A stretch of DNA of 64,000 nt from Pseudovirgaria hyperparasitica (lineage: Eukaryota), in NCBI GenBank assembly GCA_010093815.1, contig ML996580.1. The stretch is one strand, 5' to 3'. A model generated the notes under the pieces. It was not told where the DNA came from, did not search any database, and saw nothing but the letters and a program-made list of their open reading frames with translations. The translations under genes and the position numbers were made by a program. Below are positions 38,994 to 51,322 of the stretch, one piece after another (within the stretch, counting starts at the first letter, position 1; every line of letters starts with the position of its first letter).

Positions 38994-40029
38994 CCTCTAT
39001 ATCTACACGTGCTACCTAAGGGTAAAATAATAGTAATATAGGCTATAGACTAATAGGCGTACCCTATAGCTATATACTTAAGACGAAATAGAGGTTTAAT
39101 AAGATATAGTTATAGATATAAGGAAGTTTTTCTCTATAGGGTTTCTTCTTATATAGTAGCTTAGACTAGAGAAGGCATAGGCCTATAGAGTACTACTCTA
39201 CCTAGTTATATAATATTATTATTATTATTATACTTAAATTCTATAGAAATCTTAAGCTAATAACTTTATCTAATTAATACTATTAGATCTAGAAGGGACT
39301 TCTATAGAAAATAGCTATAGAGACTTCTAACTTCTAACTTTAACTTCTGACTTTTAAGTTTTAGAAGTATAGCCCGCTAACACATACCGTCCACGGTACT
39401 AGGGGGCTATGATATAGCGAGCCAGTCAAACACCACTAGAATATTCAGTATTAGACTGATTGCCACGCCACCAGTAGAGTGAGCGAATAAACCGCCTTTC
39501 CGCCCAAGTCATATGTTGTACTGCCTCGCTGTTGGGTCGGTAAGATTGAGTGTGGCGTCTGTTGGCCTTGATACCTTCGCAGTTTTTGTTCACTTCTGTC
39601 CCGTGCGCGAGGTTCGCAACATCCTGGACCTAATACTGTGGGCGTCCAACATTCTGCAAGCATTTTGAACAGCCTCTTCTTGTGCTTGTGGGCCTGGCTC
39701 GTGTTAGTAGACGCTGATCTCTCGCAACTGGTTGACTGGCTCTGGTCTGGTCGAGCGGATACCAGCACGCTCCCGTCTCATACAAAACCCACGTCTCGCG
39801 CCCCAACAACCATCTGCCTCTCCCAAGGGCCCCGTTTGCGTATCCTCCTCACAAGACTGCACCAAATTTCCTGTCGTGTTTGTGCCGTTTCGCCAACCCA
39901 AAAGCGACTATATCGACCCAATGCGACACTGTACAAGCCGCTGATTCTCCTAAAGCCCTGATTCCGCTTGAGCGACGTCTCCCAAGAGTAGCATAAGTGT
40001 CACAGTAGCACCACGAAACTCACGCGACC

Positions 40030-41840
40030 ATGAATGAAGAACCCAAAGGGCATCTGGTCGAGTCCAAGAAGGGTGCCGCTTACAGTCCGGAGCGTAGCAG
40101 CGACGAGATCCAGTATGTCCATGCAAATGACCTGCAGCGCCATCTCGGGAACAGACAGATCCAACTGATCGCCATTGGTGGCTCGATTGGAACTGCGCTG
40201 TTCGTGAGCATCGGAGGGGCTCTCAACAAAGGCGGTCCTGCTGGAATGCTGATCGCATACACTCTGTACGCTTGCATGCTTGCTTTGGTGAACAACGCCA
40301 TGGCCGAAATGGCAATCTATATGCCCGTGTCCGGAGGCTTCGTGCGTATGGCTGGTCATTGGGTAGATCAGGCTCTGGGCTTTGCTGCTGGATGGAACTT
40401 CTTCCTCTACGAGGCTCTGCTCATTCCCTTCGAAATCACTGCCTTGAACACTATTCTTAAGTTTTGGAGAGATGACATTCCCGTGGCAGCCGTGTGTGCC
40501 GTGGTCATTGTCCTTTATACGTATGGCCCTCTGTCTTCATCTCCCAAGCGCTTGACACCCGCCATGATATTTCGGAACTAAACGTCCCTTTTAGGCTCTG
40601 CAACTTCCTCGCCGTGAAGGCGTATGGAGAAGCTGAATTTTGGTTGTCCGGCGGCAAGGTCATCTTGATCTTTATGCTATTCTTCTTCACATTCTTTACC
40701 ATGGTTGGCGCCAACCCGCAGAAAGATATATACGGGTTCCGACACTGGCATACACCGTCTGCATTTGCCACATATCTGTCGTCAGGAGATCTCGGTCGCT
40801 TCGAGGGCTTCCTCGGTGCGTTGTGGGCCGCAAGCTTCTGCATTGTCGGCCCTGAGTACATCTCAATGGTATCTGGTGAAGCCAGGCGTCCGCGCATCTA
40901 CATCAAGAACGCCTTCAAGACTGTCTACATTCGATTCGGTCTATTCTTCATCCTGGGTGCTTTCTGTGTTGGCACGGTCGTCTCATGGAATGACCCCAAG
41001 TTGGTCTCCATTCTTTCAGGCGATACTGGGGGCGCCGGTACTGGTGCTGCTTCCCCATACGTCATTGCCATGACGAATCTGGGCATCAAGGGCTTGCCTG
41101 ATCTCACCAACGCTCTGCTGCTTACGAGTATCTTTTCCGCCGGGTAAGTCTTTGTCTCACTGAATCTCGGCATCTATGTATGGCTGCTGATTGAAACCAG
41201 AAATACCTACACTTATTGTGCGATCCGCAGTCTACATGCGTTGTCTCTTGACGGTCGAGCCCCAAAGTTTCTCCGAAAGACGACGAAAAACGGCGTTCCC
41301 ATCTACTGCGCCGCCATAGTCGTCTGCTTTCCGCTGCTATCATTCCTCCAGGTCTCAGATGGGTCTGCAAAGGTTCTGACATGGCTCGTGAGCTTGGTTA
41401 CCGCCGGTGGTCTGCTCAACTTCATCACTATGTGCATCACATATCTTGCCTTCCACCGGGCGTGCAAAGCTCAGGGCATCAACCGCAAAACCCTCCCGTA
41501 CTATGGATACTTCCAGCCTTACGGCACCTGGGTTGCTCTGATCTTCTTGACTGCCGTTGTGTTCTGCTACGGCTACGCCGTCTTCCTGCCCGGGCACTGG
41601 AGAGTGGAAGATTTCTTCTTCAGCTACACCATGCTTGGACTATACCCCATCTTCTATGTTTCGTGGAAGCTGATCAAGCGCACCAAGATCATTCCCGCGC
41701 ATGAGGTCGACATTGTTTGGGACAATGAGGCTATCGAAGCTCACATGAATTCTTTCATCTCGCCGCCTGTCGGCTTCTGGACTGAGATGGTCCAGCTCAT
41801 CGGGTTCAAGCGCCACGTCGTGGTCGACCAGAAGGCCTGA
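40030..41840 (+). CDS. Amino-acid permease (APC/YAT family, Agp2-like); exons 40030-40520, 40595-41143, 41201-41840
   Basis: L.RHLGNRQIQLIAIGGSIGTALF, YGEAEFW, GPEYISMVSGEA and ASPYVIA motifs. GT-AG introns 40521-40594 and 41144-41200 join three ORF-track pieces in frame. Confidence 0.93.
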
Positions 41841-42489
41841 GCCGCAGAGCTTCTGTTGACGTCAAGAGATTTATCTATACCAGCAATACGTATCCAATAC
41901 AGTTTTTTGTACTATTTTGATAGCAGTGTTTGGGCTCATTTCCAGTCAACTGCAACTGAAGGTCATATGTAAACAAAGCCGTACCTCACAACCGGCCCAT
42001 GGCGGGCCACGCACACGTATTCGGCCGGTCTAGATAAAGTATATCACACATCCACTGACTCGTGTACATGCATGCCCGACAATACACTCCAAAGGCAACA
42101 AAGGACGGCTTGTTGACAACCAAATAAAGGCGACCACGACGAGCTCGAGCATGATGATCAGCAGTTGGGGTTAGGCTGCACTCCGGTGCCAGACGCCCTC
42201 GAGGCTTATCAGCAACGTAAAGATCGTTTCGTCCACTCATCCTAGACAACATGTTTATTTCAATCGTACTTACCCATTTGGTGCATAGGATCCCGTCCGC
42301 CACAGAGATATCTACACGTGAGCGGGGTCAGGACTCAGTAGTGGCCTTGGTGTCCCGTGCCAGACCTTCGCCACAGAGGAATACGCCCTCCTCAGCTCTT
42401 CTGTTCACGATTCAACAGAGTCGCCCCCGCTGAAGAGAGTTTGCATCAGGCAGTCTCCGAATATCTTTTCACGTCGACATGAAACAGAG

Positions 42490-44976
42490 ATGCCAGACTC
42501 AATTGCGATGCCACTCCGCCCACCGCGCATCCTCGCGCCCAAAGATGGCGGACTTGCAAAGAAAGCTGGACAAACCGAGAGCAAGCGCAGACAACCAAAG
42601 AGTCGTAATGGCAGGTTCCCGTACCCAAATGTATTCTCATACATGACGCACAGGATGCGTGCACACAGGACCCGATCTATACTGACGGCGAGAACCAGGC
42701 TGCCTCACTTGCAGAGCGAAGCGTGTAAAGTGTGATGAGGTCAAGCCTGAATGTCGACAGTGCACCGGCCGCGGAATAGTGTGTGGTGGATATCAGAAGG
42801 ATCTGCAGTGGAAAGCGTATGGACAGCCAAAGAGGTTTGTCACCGACCGAAGTTCTGGCTTAGGCATGTATGGGGTTTCTATTGTTATGGACACGCCATT
42901 AACTCGCATAGCGACTCGGTCAAGAGATCACAAAGGTAGTGGTGCTGCTAACCTGCTTGAAAACGCAAGGTCTCAAGGGCTGGGGGATGGTGTCCAGCAG
43001 GACGAGCCGAATTGTTTTGTAGTCTCGGCATTCACGTCGACCAGAGCATCGCCAGAGTCTCGACCGAATGTTGGTGACGCGGAACAGAGAGGCAGGATCG
43101 ATACGTCTGTGAGTAATCGACCGAGAATGAGTTGGCATTGTTCAGGTGATGAGATCGCTGGCAATGGGCAATTTCCCATGTCGGATCACAATGGTGACCT
43201 GAGGCACGATAGTCTCGCCGACAGCACCTTTCCGAGCTTCTCGTTTCCAAATCTAGAGGATTGGACAGCCGACAACGACGATTATGACTGGGACGCGTGC
43301 GAGTGGACCGCACTTGAAGGCATGCTGACGCGACCCGCGCTCGATTATCCGTTGCTCGAGGATGAGACGATGCAGGTGCCAGAACTCGACATGTCGCTAC
43401 ATTCGTGGCTGCACTCGCCCATGTCGCCAGTAACAGACCTGGACCTGGACCTCCCAGGCCTATTCCAGCAGCCGCAGTTCAAATCGGGCAGCGCTGAAAT
43501 GATCTGCCTTGTCTTCAACCAATACACTTGCCATCTTCTCTCAATCGATGATCAGCCCCATCTAAACCCCTGGCGGACCGACATCTGGCCACTTTCGAAA
43601 GAGCACCCGGCGCTTTATCATGGCCTTGCAGCGATGACTTGCTTTCATCTATCGAAAGCTCGGCCGGATCTGCGGACTCATGGCTTCTATCACGTGGACC
43701 GAAGCATGTCGCAGATGTCTGCGACTTATAGTGAAGATGCGAATGTCATGCCGCTCGAAGTTGTAGTGGCCACGTTGTTGGCTCTAGGCTGGGCAGAGAC
43801 GTGGGATAGCCAGCTGTCATCGACAGGAAAGATGCATATTGCGAATGCGGGCGGGCTGATCCGGGGAATGCGTGACTACTCGAACCAGTCCGCACTCCTT
43901 CGCTTCCTGACCAACAACTTTCTCTACATGGACACGATAGCAAGACTGACGTCGACCTTTGACGACATGACGATCAAAGAGACGCCGATTCTGGAGATAC
44001 CGAGTGCGTCGTCCATGGCGGAGCTGCAGTTTGACAACCTCATGGGCTACGCGTCCACGCTGTTTCCAGTCCTGCGAGGCATTGCAGACCTCGTGGGCTG
44101 CATCCGGTACCGTGACCAGAAGCGCAACTCGGCAGCCATGGTGTCGCGCGCCACAGAGCTCAAGACCGCAGTCGAGCGATGGAAGCCGTCTGTAGACCCA
44201 GACACAGTCGACGAGCTGACGGCGACAATGTCAGACGCGGTACAGACAGCCGAAGCGTACCGCTGGGCCAGCCTGCTGCTCCTCCAACAAGCAGTCCCGG
44301 AACTGCCCAACACGACCTCGTACGGGCGCATCGCCCAGACCATCCTCGTCTTCCTCGCCACCGTGCCCCTGACCTCGACAACGCTCAAGGTGCACCATTT
44401 CCCGCTCATGATGGCGGGCACGGAGACGGTCGAGCGCGAGGACAGAGACTGGGTGCGCGAGCGCTGGCACGCCATGGGCCAGCGCATGATCACGGGCATC
44501 GTGGACAAGTGCCTGGACGTCACGACAGAGGTATGGCGGCGACGAGACGAGTATGCAGAGCGGTGGCGCACATGTCCCATCTCCGGCGCCAAACAGCCGC
44601 CTCGAGCTCCGGCGACATGTGCCGGCGCGCCACAGCAGCAGCAGCGGCAGCAGCAACAGGACGGGCGCAAGGCATTCTTCGACACGAGTTCCTTTGAGGC
44701 GGTGGCTGGAGTGGCGAAGGAGGGCTACGAGCGAGGTGCGATGCGCAATGGGCGCCGCTCGACGTCGCCTACGTTTCCGTTGTCGGCGGCGTTTAGCAAG
44801 GGTGTGGACCAGTTGACGCGGTCGGGGTGTCTGGACTTTACGGTGCGGGGGACGTTGCACTGGCTCGGGGTGATGAAGGACTTTGGATGGGAAGGTACGG
44901 CCTGCGAGGGAGTTGTGTTATGTTGTGTTGTGTGTGTGTATGCATGCTGACGTGTGGTGTAGTGATGCTCGGGTGA
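42490..44976 (+). CDS. Zn(II)2Cys6 transcription factor with fungal-specific TF domain; exons 42490-42610, 42699-44894, 44963-44976
   Basis: Spliced KSRNG-CLTCRAKRVKCDEVKPECRQCTGRGIVCGGY binuclear cluster; NPWR..IWPL....PALYH and TAEAYRWA.LL.L motifs; C-terminus WEVMLG-stop after intron 44895-44962. Start could be 42490 or 42508. Confidence 0.9.
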
Positions 44977-45744
44977 ATGAGGGGAAGTGTGCGGTCTTGA
45001 CGGACGGACGGGCGAGAGAGAGGAGACGAGACGAGACGAGACGGGATGGAAGCTGTGATGATGGGATTATTCTAATGGGAATGATGGGATGGGTGGTGTG
45101 TGTGTGTGTATGGATAGGTAGATTGGCGGGAAAGGAGATGTAGCGGACAGTCTGATGAACGAATGAAACAATTAGCATATCCAAGACCAATCCTCAAATT
45201 GAGACGCTGTTTCCATGTAGTTCTCGGGATGATGAATGACCATTATTATGTGACTGTTATTTAACAAAAATGCTAATAGTACTTGTTGTAATCACGGGAT
45301 ATTGGGTGTGTGTGTCGTTGGTGCTGGTAATAATTAGAACTGGTAGAACAGCTGGGGAAGGTTTGAAGAACTAGGGCAAAGGTAAGGTAGAGCCTGAGGC
45401 AGGTATGCTGGACGAGCAGGCGACTAGGCAGCCAGGCAGGTATTCAGGCACGCAGGCACGCAGGTAGGCACTGGGTCGTCAGGCATGAAGGCACCCAGAC
45501 ATCAAGGCATCAAGGCAGTCATCCAGCCAAGGGTAAGGCAGTCAAGTCAAGTCAAGTCAAGACAAGACAAGCAAGCACGCCCTACCTACCCGTCCCCAAG
45601 AACGCAGCCCAAGAAAACAGGCCAGGCTAGTTAGATTACCTAGGCAAGGCAGCTGGACGAGACAGGACAAGACGACACAAGAAAAGACAAGAAAAAGCCA
45701 AGCGCAAACAAGCACAGCGGCGACGCGACAGGGCCGGACAACTT

Positions 45745-45886
45745 ACAAGGCTTGATAGACACGACAGGGCTGGATAGACACGACAAGGCTTGATAGACAC
45801 GACAGGGCTGGATAGACACGACAAGGCTTGATAGACACGACAGGGCTGGATAGACACGACAAGGCTAGATAGACACGACAAGGCTT
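45745..45886. repeat. 19-bp minisatellite, ~7.5 units with alternating variants
   Basis: ACAAGGCTTGATAGACACG alternating with ACAGGGCTGGATAGACACG. Confidence 0.95.
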
Positions 45887-45912
45887 TGTGAGAGTCTGGC
45901 TGTATGAATGGA

Positions 45913-46029
45913 TGGGATCTATGTATGGGATCTATGTATGGGATCTATGTATGGGATCTATGTATGGGATCTATGTATGGGATCTATGGATGGGATCTAT
46001 GGATGGGATCTATGGATGGGATCTATGGA
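45913..46029. repeat. 13-bp minisatellite, 9 units
   Basis: TGGGATCTATGTA x5 then TGGGATCTATGGA x4. Confidence 0.95.
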
Positions 46030-48264
46030 TGGATAGTTGTTACTGGCAATACACGAGCAGTGCATCGTCACATGCCATGCCATGCACTGCCATACCATAC
46101 CATGCCCTGATACACACATACATACACACATGCTCCGGACCGTGTCCCAGCCCTACGCCCCACACCTCTGCAGTTTCACCAACGCCAGACACAACACCCA
46201 GCAGAGATATGGCGGCATTGTGATGGGTGTGGGAGTGGTCGGACGTGTAGTTTATTACTGGATTACTGGATTACTGGACGACTGGATTACTAGACTACTG
46301 ATGGCTGGGTGGTAGATGGTAGATAGCTACTAACGGGCCATGTCACGGGATCTGGTAGAAAAGGAGGGAGGGAGGTAGGGAGGTAGGCAAGGCCGTGATG
46401 ATAGCTATTAGCTAGGAAAGAACGACCAATCGGCAGTGGCGACGACTTGCAAGGCCGAGGGAAGGTGGGGAGAGGAGGGTGAAACAGACAGTCGGGAAGA
46501 GATTAGCAAGAAAAAAGCACGAGCGAGGACAGAAGTTGAGCACGGGAAGGAAGGAAGGAAGGAAGGAAAGAAGTAAGGAGGGAGGCAAGGAAGGAGAGAA
46601 GGAGAGAGTGCCTGAAGGGGAAGGCATGGCCGGGCGTCGGTAGGATATCAGTGGTGATTGATTGAATTGATGGGTGATGTGATTGCGTGCGGCGGCAATG
46701 AACGGGTGGGTGGTGGATGGAGAGACAGAAAGAAAGGAAGGAAGGAAGGAAGGACTTTGCCTCTTTCCAGAAGAGTCAGCGAACGCACGCCAGGCGGGTC
46801 TGGGCGGCGGCGGCGGCGACGACGGCGGCGGTGGGCCAAACGGGGCAGTTAGTTGCAGCAAGTGGGCGTTGTGTGGCGTAGGTTGTTTGCTCCTTCCTGC
46901 TGTTCCTGCTGCTGCTACTGCTACCGGATGACGGCGAGGCGAGATACTTGGATGCGGAAAGAGCGATGCAGAGGTCAGATTGTCAGCAAGAAGAGGGTGG
47001 CGTTTGCTTGGTCGTTCTTGCCAGTCGCTTGTCTGTGCTTGACGCGACTTGGCTGACATGGCTGACATGGCTGGCTGCTCCCGGTTCTACGACATGGGTA
47101 TGAATAGAAAGAGTGACAGTGACAGCGACGGTGACAGCACTCTTGTCTCACATTTTCAGTCATTCTGTCGTTCTGTCATTCTGTGACGGCGGCGGCGGCG
47201 ATGCGTAGTAGTAGTAAATGGCTAATACACCCTCTACCATAATATCATCATCCATCCATCGTCTCATTTCCATCAGACCGTCTATCGTCGTCAATTGTCC
47301 AAGTTAGCGGGTGTGAGCACGCCGAACGCCGACGACCACCGCCCGCCCGGACGACAAGAGAGGTTGCATAACATGTACCACCTTCCCAATCAGGCAGGAT
47401 GTTAGCACACTCGACCGTCCCGTCGTCGGGTCTTGTCACTTTTTTGTATGTGTCTGCTCGCGTTCCTTCCTCTGCTAATTGATTACATTGCTGTTGTTGT
47501 CGTCGCCATTGAAGGTAATAATCATTCACTTTGGTGCTGTCGTCTGTCGCGAATCAAGCATCGTTGTCTATTCTTGACTGCATCAGTCAATCCAGTATCG
47601 CCATCTACTACTGTTAGGTAGTCCTAGTAATCACTATCAAAAGGCACAGGATAGGCCAATGCTACTGTGTCGCGTGCTATCTGACTGTGGATCTCGGTGC
47701 GGATCTCTCTGCTGCTCGACTATTAGCTCCTGCGCCCTTCCTTCTCCACCCGCCCATCCACACATCCACACATCCATCCATCCATCCATCCATCCATCCA
47801 TCGCATCGCGTCCCATGCCGCGTGCAGAGTGCAGAGTGTAGTAATGAGTAGTTGTAGTGTATGTAGTGTCCTCATGCTGCCCTCGTGCTACTGACTGACC
47901 CTCATGCTTCTTTTGGCTGGCTCGCTACCTGTTTAGAGCCACTGTTATACCCCATCCTACTGCCCATCCATCCTATCAATCACCCATCCGGACCCTTCTT
48001 CTATCTGGATCTGGCTGCTGCTGTTATCTGCTCTGCGCGCGCCAATTTAAAGCCGAGCCTGCCCTCCACTCTTCTCCTCTCTCTCTCTTTCATCCGCCTG
48101 CTTGCTCTCTCTTTCTTTCTTCCTCTCTCTCCCTCCTTCGAGCTTCACGTAAACTTTCCGTCGGCTTTCGTTGCGCGGACTGCCATATTCCTACGCCGAG
48201 GCACTGCTGTTTGGAAGAAGCTACAGCGCGGCAAGGCACCCAGGCAGCCCCCAACCTACACACC

Positions 48265-50257
48265 ATGCCTGGCGACATCACCGACATGGTACGTCCGCCT
48301 CGGCTGTCCACTACCCATACTCTCTGCTAACTGTTCCTTCAAGCAGCAGGGCGTGCAGGTCGTCGACCCGGCCATCATCGACGGCTCCGGCGACCGCAAG
48401 AGATCTCTCGGTGACGCCGCCCACGCCGTTGAGCTGCCTCCCGTCTACGCCGGCGAGACCGTCGCCCAGGACGGCTACCTCGACCACGAGAACCTCCCGA
48501 CCGACGAGGAACTACACACGCTGCGTCGCGTGCCCGCAAAGATCCCCTGGAAGGTCTACACTATTGCTTTTGTCGAGCTGACCGAGCGTCTGTCCTACTA
48601 CGGCACCACCCAGGTCTTTGTCAACTTCATCCAGCAGGACAACCCCGGAACCGCGACCGGCAAGGCTGTCGACCCAGATGCTCCAGATGCGCAGCCCGGT
48701 GCGTTGGGCAAAGGTCAACAGGCCGCGACTGGCCTCACCACCTTCAACCAGTTCTGGCAGTACATGTGCCCGCTCGGCGGTGCTTTCATTGCCGACACCT
48801 ATCTCGGTCGCTTCACCACCATCTGGATCGGTGTGCTCATCTCCATCACTGGCCACATCGTCCTGACTGCTTCGGCGGCCCCCTCGGTCATTGCAAACCC
48901 CAACTCTGCCATTGGCGCATTTGCCGTCGGTCTCGTCATCATGGGTCTGGGCACGGGATGCTTCAAGCCGAACATCTCGCCCCTCGTCGCTGAGCAGATC
49001 CCCTACGAGCGAATGCACGTGAGCACCCTCAAGTCCGGCGAGCGCGTCATCATCGACCCGGCCGTGACCACCACCCGTATCTACAACTGGTTCTATCTGT
49101 TTATCAACATTGGCGCCCTGATTGGCCAGGTCAGCATGGTCTACGCCGAGCGTTATGTCGGCTTCTACCTCGCCTTCCTGCTGCCGACCGTGGTCTTCAT
49201 GTTTGCGCTGCCGGTCCTCTTCTTCTGCCGAAACATGTACAACCGCAGGAAGCCGGAGGGCAGTGTCATTGGTCCCGCCGTCAGACTGCTGTTCCGCGGC
49301 GTCAAGGGCAGATTCCACCTCAACCCCATCGCTACCTGGAAGCACATGCACGACGGCACTTTCTGGTCCGACCTGCGACCGTCTCGCATCGCGCCGGAGA
49401 ACATGCCGTCGTGGTACAACTTTGACGACGCCTGGGTCGACGAGGTGCACCGTGGCTGGAGTGCCTGTGCCGTCTTCCTCTGGTACCCGCTCTACTGGCT
49501 CACCTACAACCAGATCAACAACAACTTGACTTCGCAGGCTGCCACCATGGAGCTGCACGGCGTGCCCAACGACATTCTCGCCAACATCGATCCCTTTGCC
49601 CTCATGATCCTCATCCCGCTCTGGGATCTCTTCCTCTACCCGACCATGCGCAAGTTCAAGATCAAGTTCACCCCGATCAAGAAGATTGCCGCCGGTTTCT
49701 TCACCGGCTCCGCCGCCATGGTCTGGACCGCCGTGCTCCAACACTACATCTACAAGCTGAACCCGGCCTGCGGCTCCTACGTCGGCGGCGACATTCCCGG
49801 CACCGACACCGCCTGCCCCAAGGCGCCCATCAACGTCTGGGCGCAGACGGGCGCCTACATCCTGATTGCCCAGTCCGAAATCTTCGCCAGCATCACCTCG
49901 CTCGAGTACGGCTTCTCCAAGGCGCCCAAGAACATGCGTTCGCTCGTCGCGGCCTTTGCCCTCTTCATGAGCGCCATCTCCGCCGCCATCGGCGAGGCCT
50001 TTCTGCCCCTGTCCACCGACCCGCTGCTGGTGTGGAACTACGGCTCCATGGCCGTCATCGCCTTTATTGCCGGCATCATCTTCTACGTCCAGTTCCGCAC
50101 CCTCGACAAGCAGGAGGACGAGCTCAACCTGCTGCCCACCGGTCATATCGGCACCGCCGCCCAGGCCCAGGATGTGGAGAAGCGCCTGTCTGTCGTGTCG
50201 GCGTCGGCCAATGCCCCGTCGGCAGCGGCGGGCGAGAAGACCATCATCGAGGGATGA
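48265..50257 (+). CDS. PTR2: Proton-dependent oligopeptide (POT/PTR) di/tripeptide transporter; exons 48265-48288, ~48347-50257
   Basis: ELTERLSYYG (ExxERFxYYG-type), GAFIADTYLGRFTTI, GTGCFKPNIS, FYLFINIGAL and SKAPKNMRS motifs. Intron from GTACGT (48289) with GCTAAC branch to an AG at 48343/48346/48349. Confidence 0.93.
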
Positions 50258-51224
50258 GTTGGGGGGACGTATAGTGCGCAGAGTGGCCTTGATACCTCCT
50301 TGTTCATGATATTGATGCTTGATGCTTGATGCTTGAACATGATATATTATATATATATACCAAAAAATTAATTTTACTTGCAAACCACTCCTTTGTCCTG
50401 CCTGTCATCTTTCTTAAAGCAGAGGCCATGCCTATCCTATCTATCCTGTCCATGATCCAGAATAGTCCGAACGAAGAATGTGGAAACCAAAAAAGGGAAA
50501 ATACTCCTACTGAAATAATTATTTGTTATTTTTATATTTGACGCTCTCGCGACTTTAGATATAAGATAGATAAATGGGTGGTGGATGGGTACTGGATGTG
50601 GGTAGGAGGCAAGATAGATGGATAGATAGATGGGTAGTACGTACTGTACTGTGTACTGTACTGGACTGTACTGTACTGTACTGGACTGGACTGTACTGTA
50701 CTGTACATACGGCGGCAGATGCACAGGCGGGAGGGCGGAGGTGGATATGCACGGCGAGCGAGCGACAGCAACCCAGCGAGCGTTGCGGGGCACTAATTAC
50801 TGTAAGACTGCTGTGTGTGTGTGTATGGCTGGTGCTTGCTTCTCCATTCCTCCATCCTTCATTCCTTCATTCCTCCATTCCTTCATTCCTCCATTCCTTC
50901 ATTCCTTCGTCTGTACCCACTCTATCCATTCCATCCAATCACATCCATTCCATCCATTCCATCCATTCCACCCATTCCATCCAATCACATCCATTCCATT
51001 CATTCTGCTCGTGTCCAATCACATCCCCCCGTTTTCACACAGACGCAACCAATCATACTGCTTCGTTTCCATACTAAGCGATCCAATCACAGCCCGTCTA
51101 ATGCTACCTGTTGTGTTGCATGGCGTCGGCGGGATTGTATTGCGCTTTATCTAGAGTGCTGTACGGATGGTGAGATTGATATTGATGGCTATTTGATGCT
51201 ATGTGGCCTATCCGATGCTATACA

Positions 51225-51322
51225 GCCTATGCTATGTAGCCTATGCTATGTAGCCTATGCTATGTAGCCTATGCTATGTAGCCTATGCTATGTAGCCTAT
51301 GCTATACAGCCTATGATATGTG
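51225..51322. repeat. 14-bp minisatellite, ~7 units
   Basis: GCCTATGCTATGTA tandem copies. Confidence 0.92.

Larger units (their letters stand above)
28687..39228 (+). mobile_element. Full-length Tad1-like LINE L2 (28687-31396 + 36657-39228), interrupted by L3
   Basis: 15-bp TSD TATACTTAAATTCTA at 28672-28686 and 39229-39243. Three ORF1 CCHC knuckles ~29960-30150; endonuclease LGDFNL ~30790; RT ~37550-37665; (ATT)n tail ~39213-39228. Confidence 0.95.
1..39350. other. AT-rich, RIP-mutated repeat block (probably heterochromatic)
   Basis: Strong TpA excess and CpA/TpG depletion. TE ORFs are riddled with TAA/TAG where CAA/CAG/TGG are expected, and paralogous copies differ almost only by C>T/G>A. 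Composition returns to normal by ~39.4 kb. Confidence 0.95.

Noticed and set aside
39451..39961. Overlapping 65-107 aa ORFs upstream of the permease
   Set aside because: Mostly non-ATG starts and no motifs; most likely promoter sequence. A small gene cannot be fully excluded.
45745..46029. Regular repeats resembling a CRISPR array
   Set aside because: No unique spacers and a eukaryotic context; plain minisatellites.
47885..48264. N-terminal extension of the 790-aa PTR2 ORF
   Set aside because: Non-ATG start; runs through a pyrimidine-rich promoter/5' UTR and the intron. The ATG at 48265 (CACCATG) with a spliced exon fits better.
48512..50383. 623-aa antisense ORF over PTR2
   Set aside because: Shadow ORF from strong C-ending codon bias; no recognisable domain.
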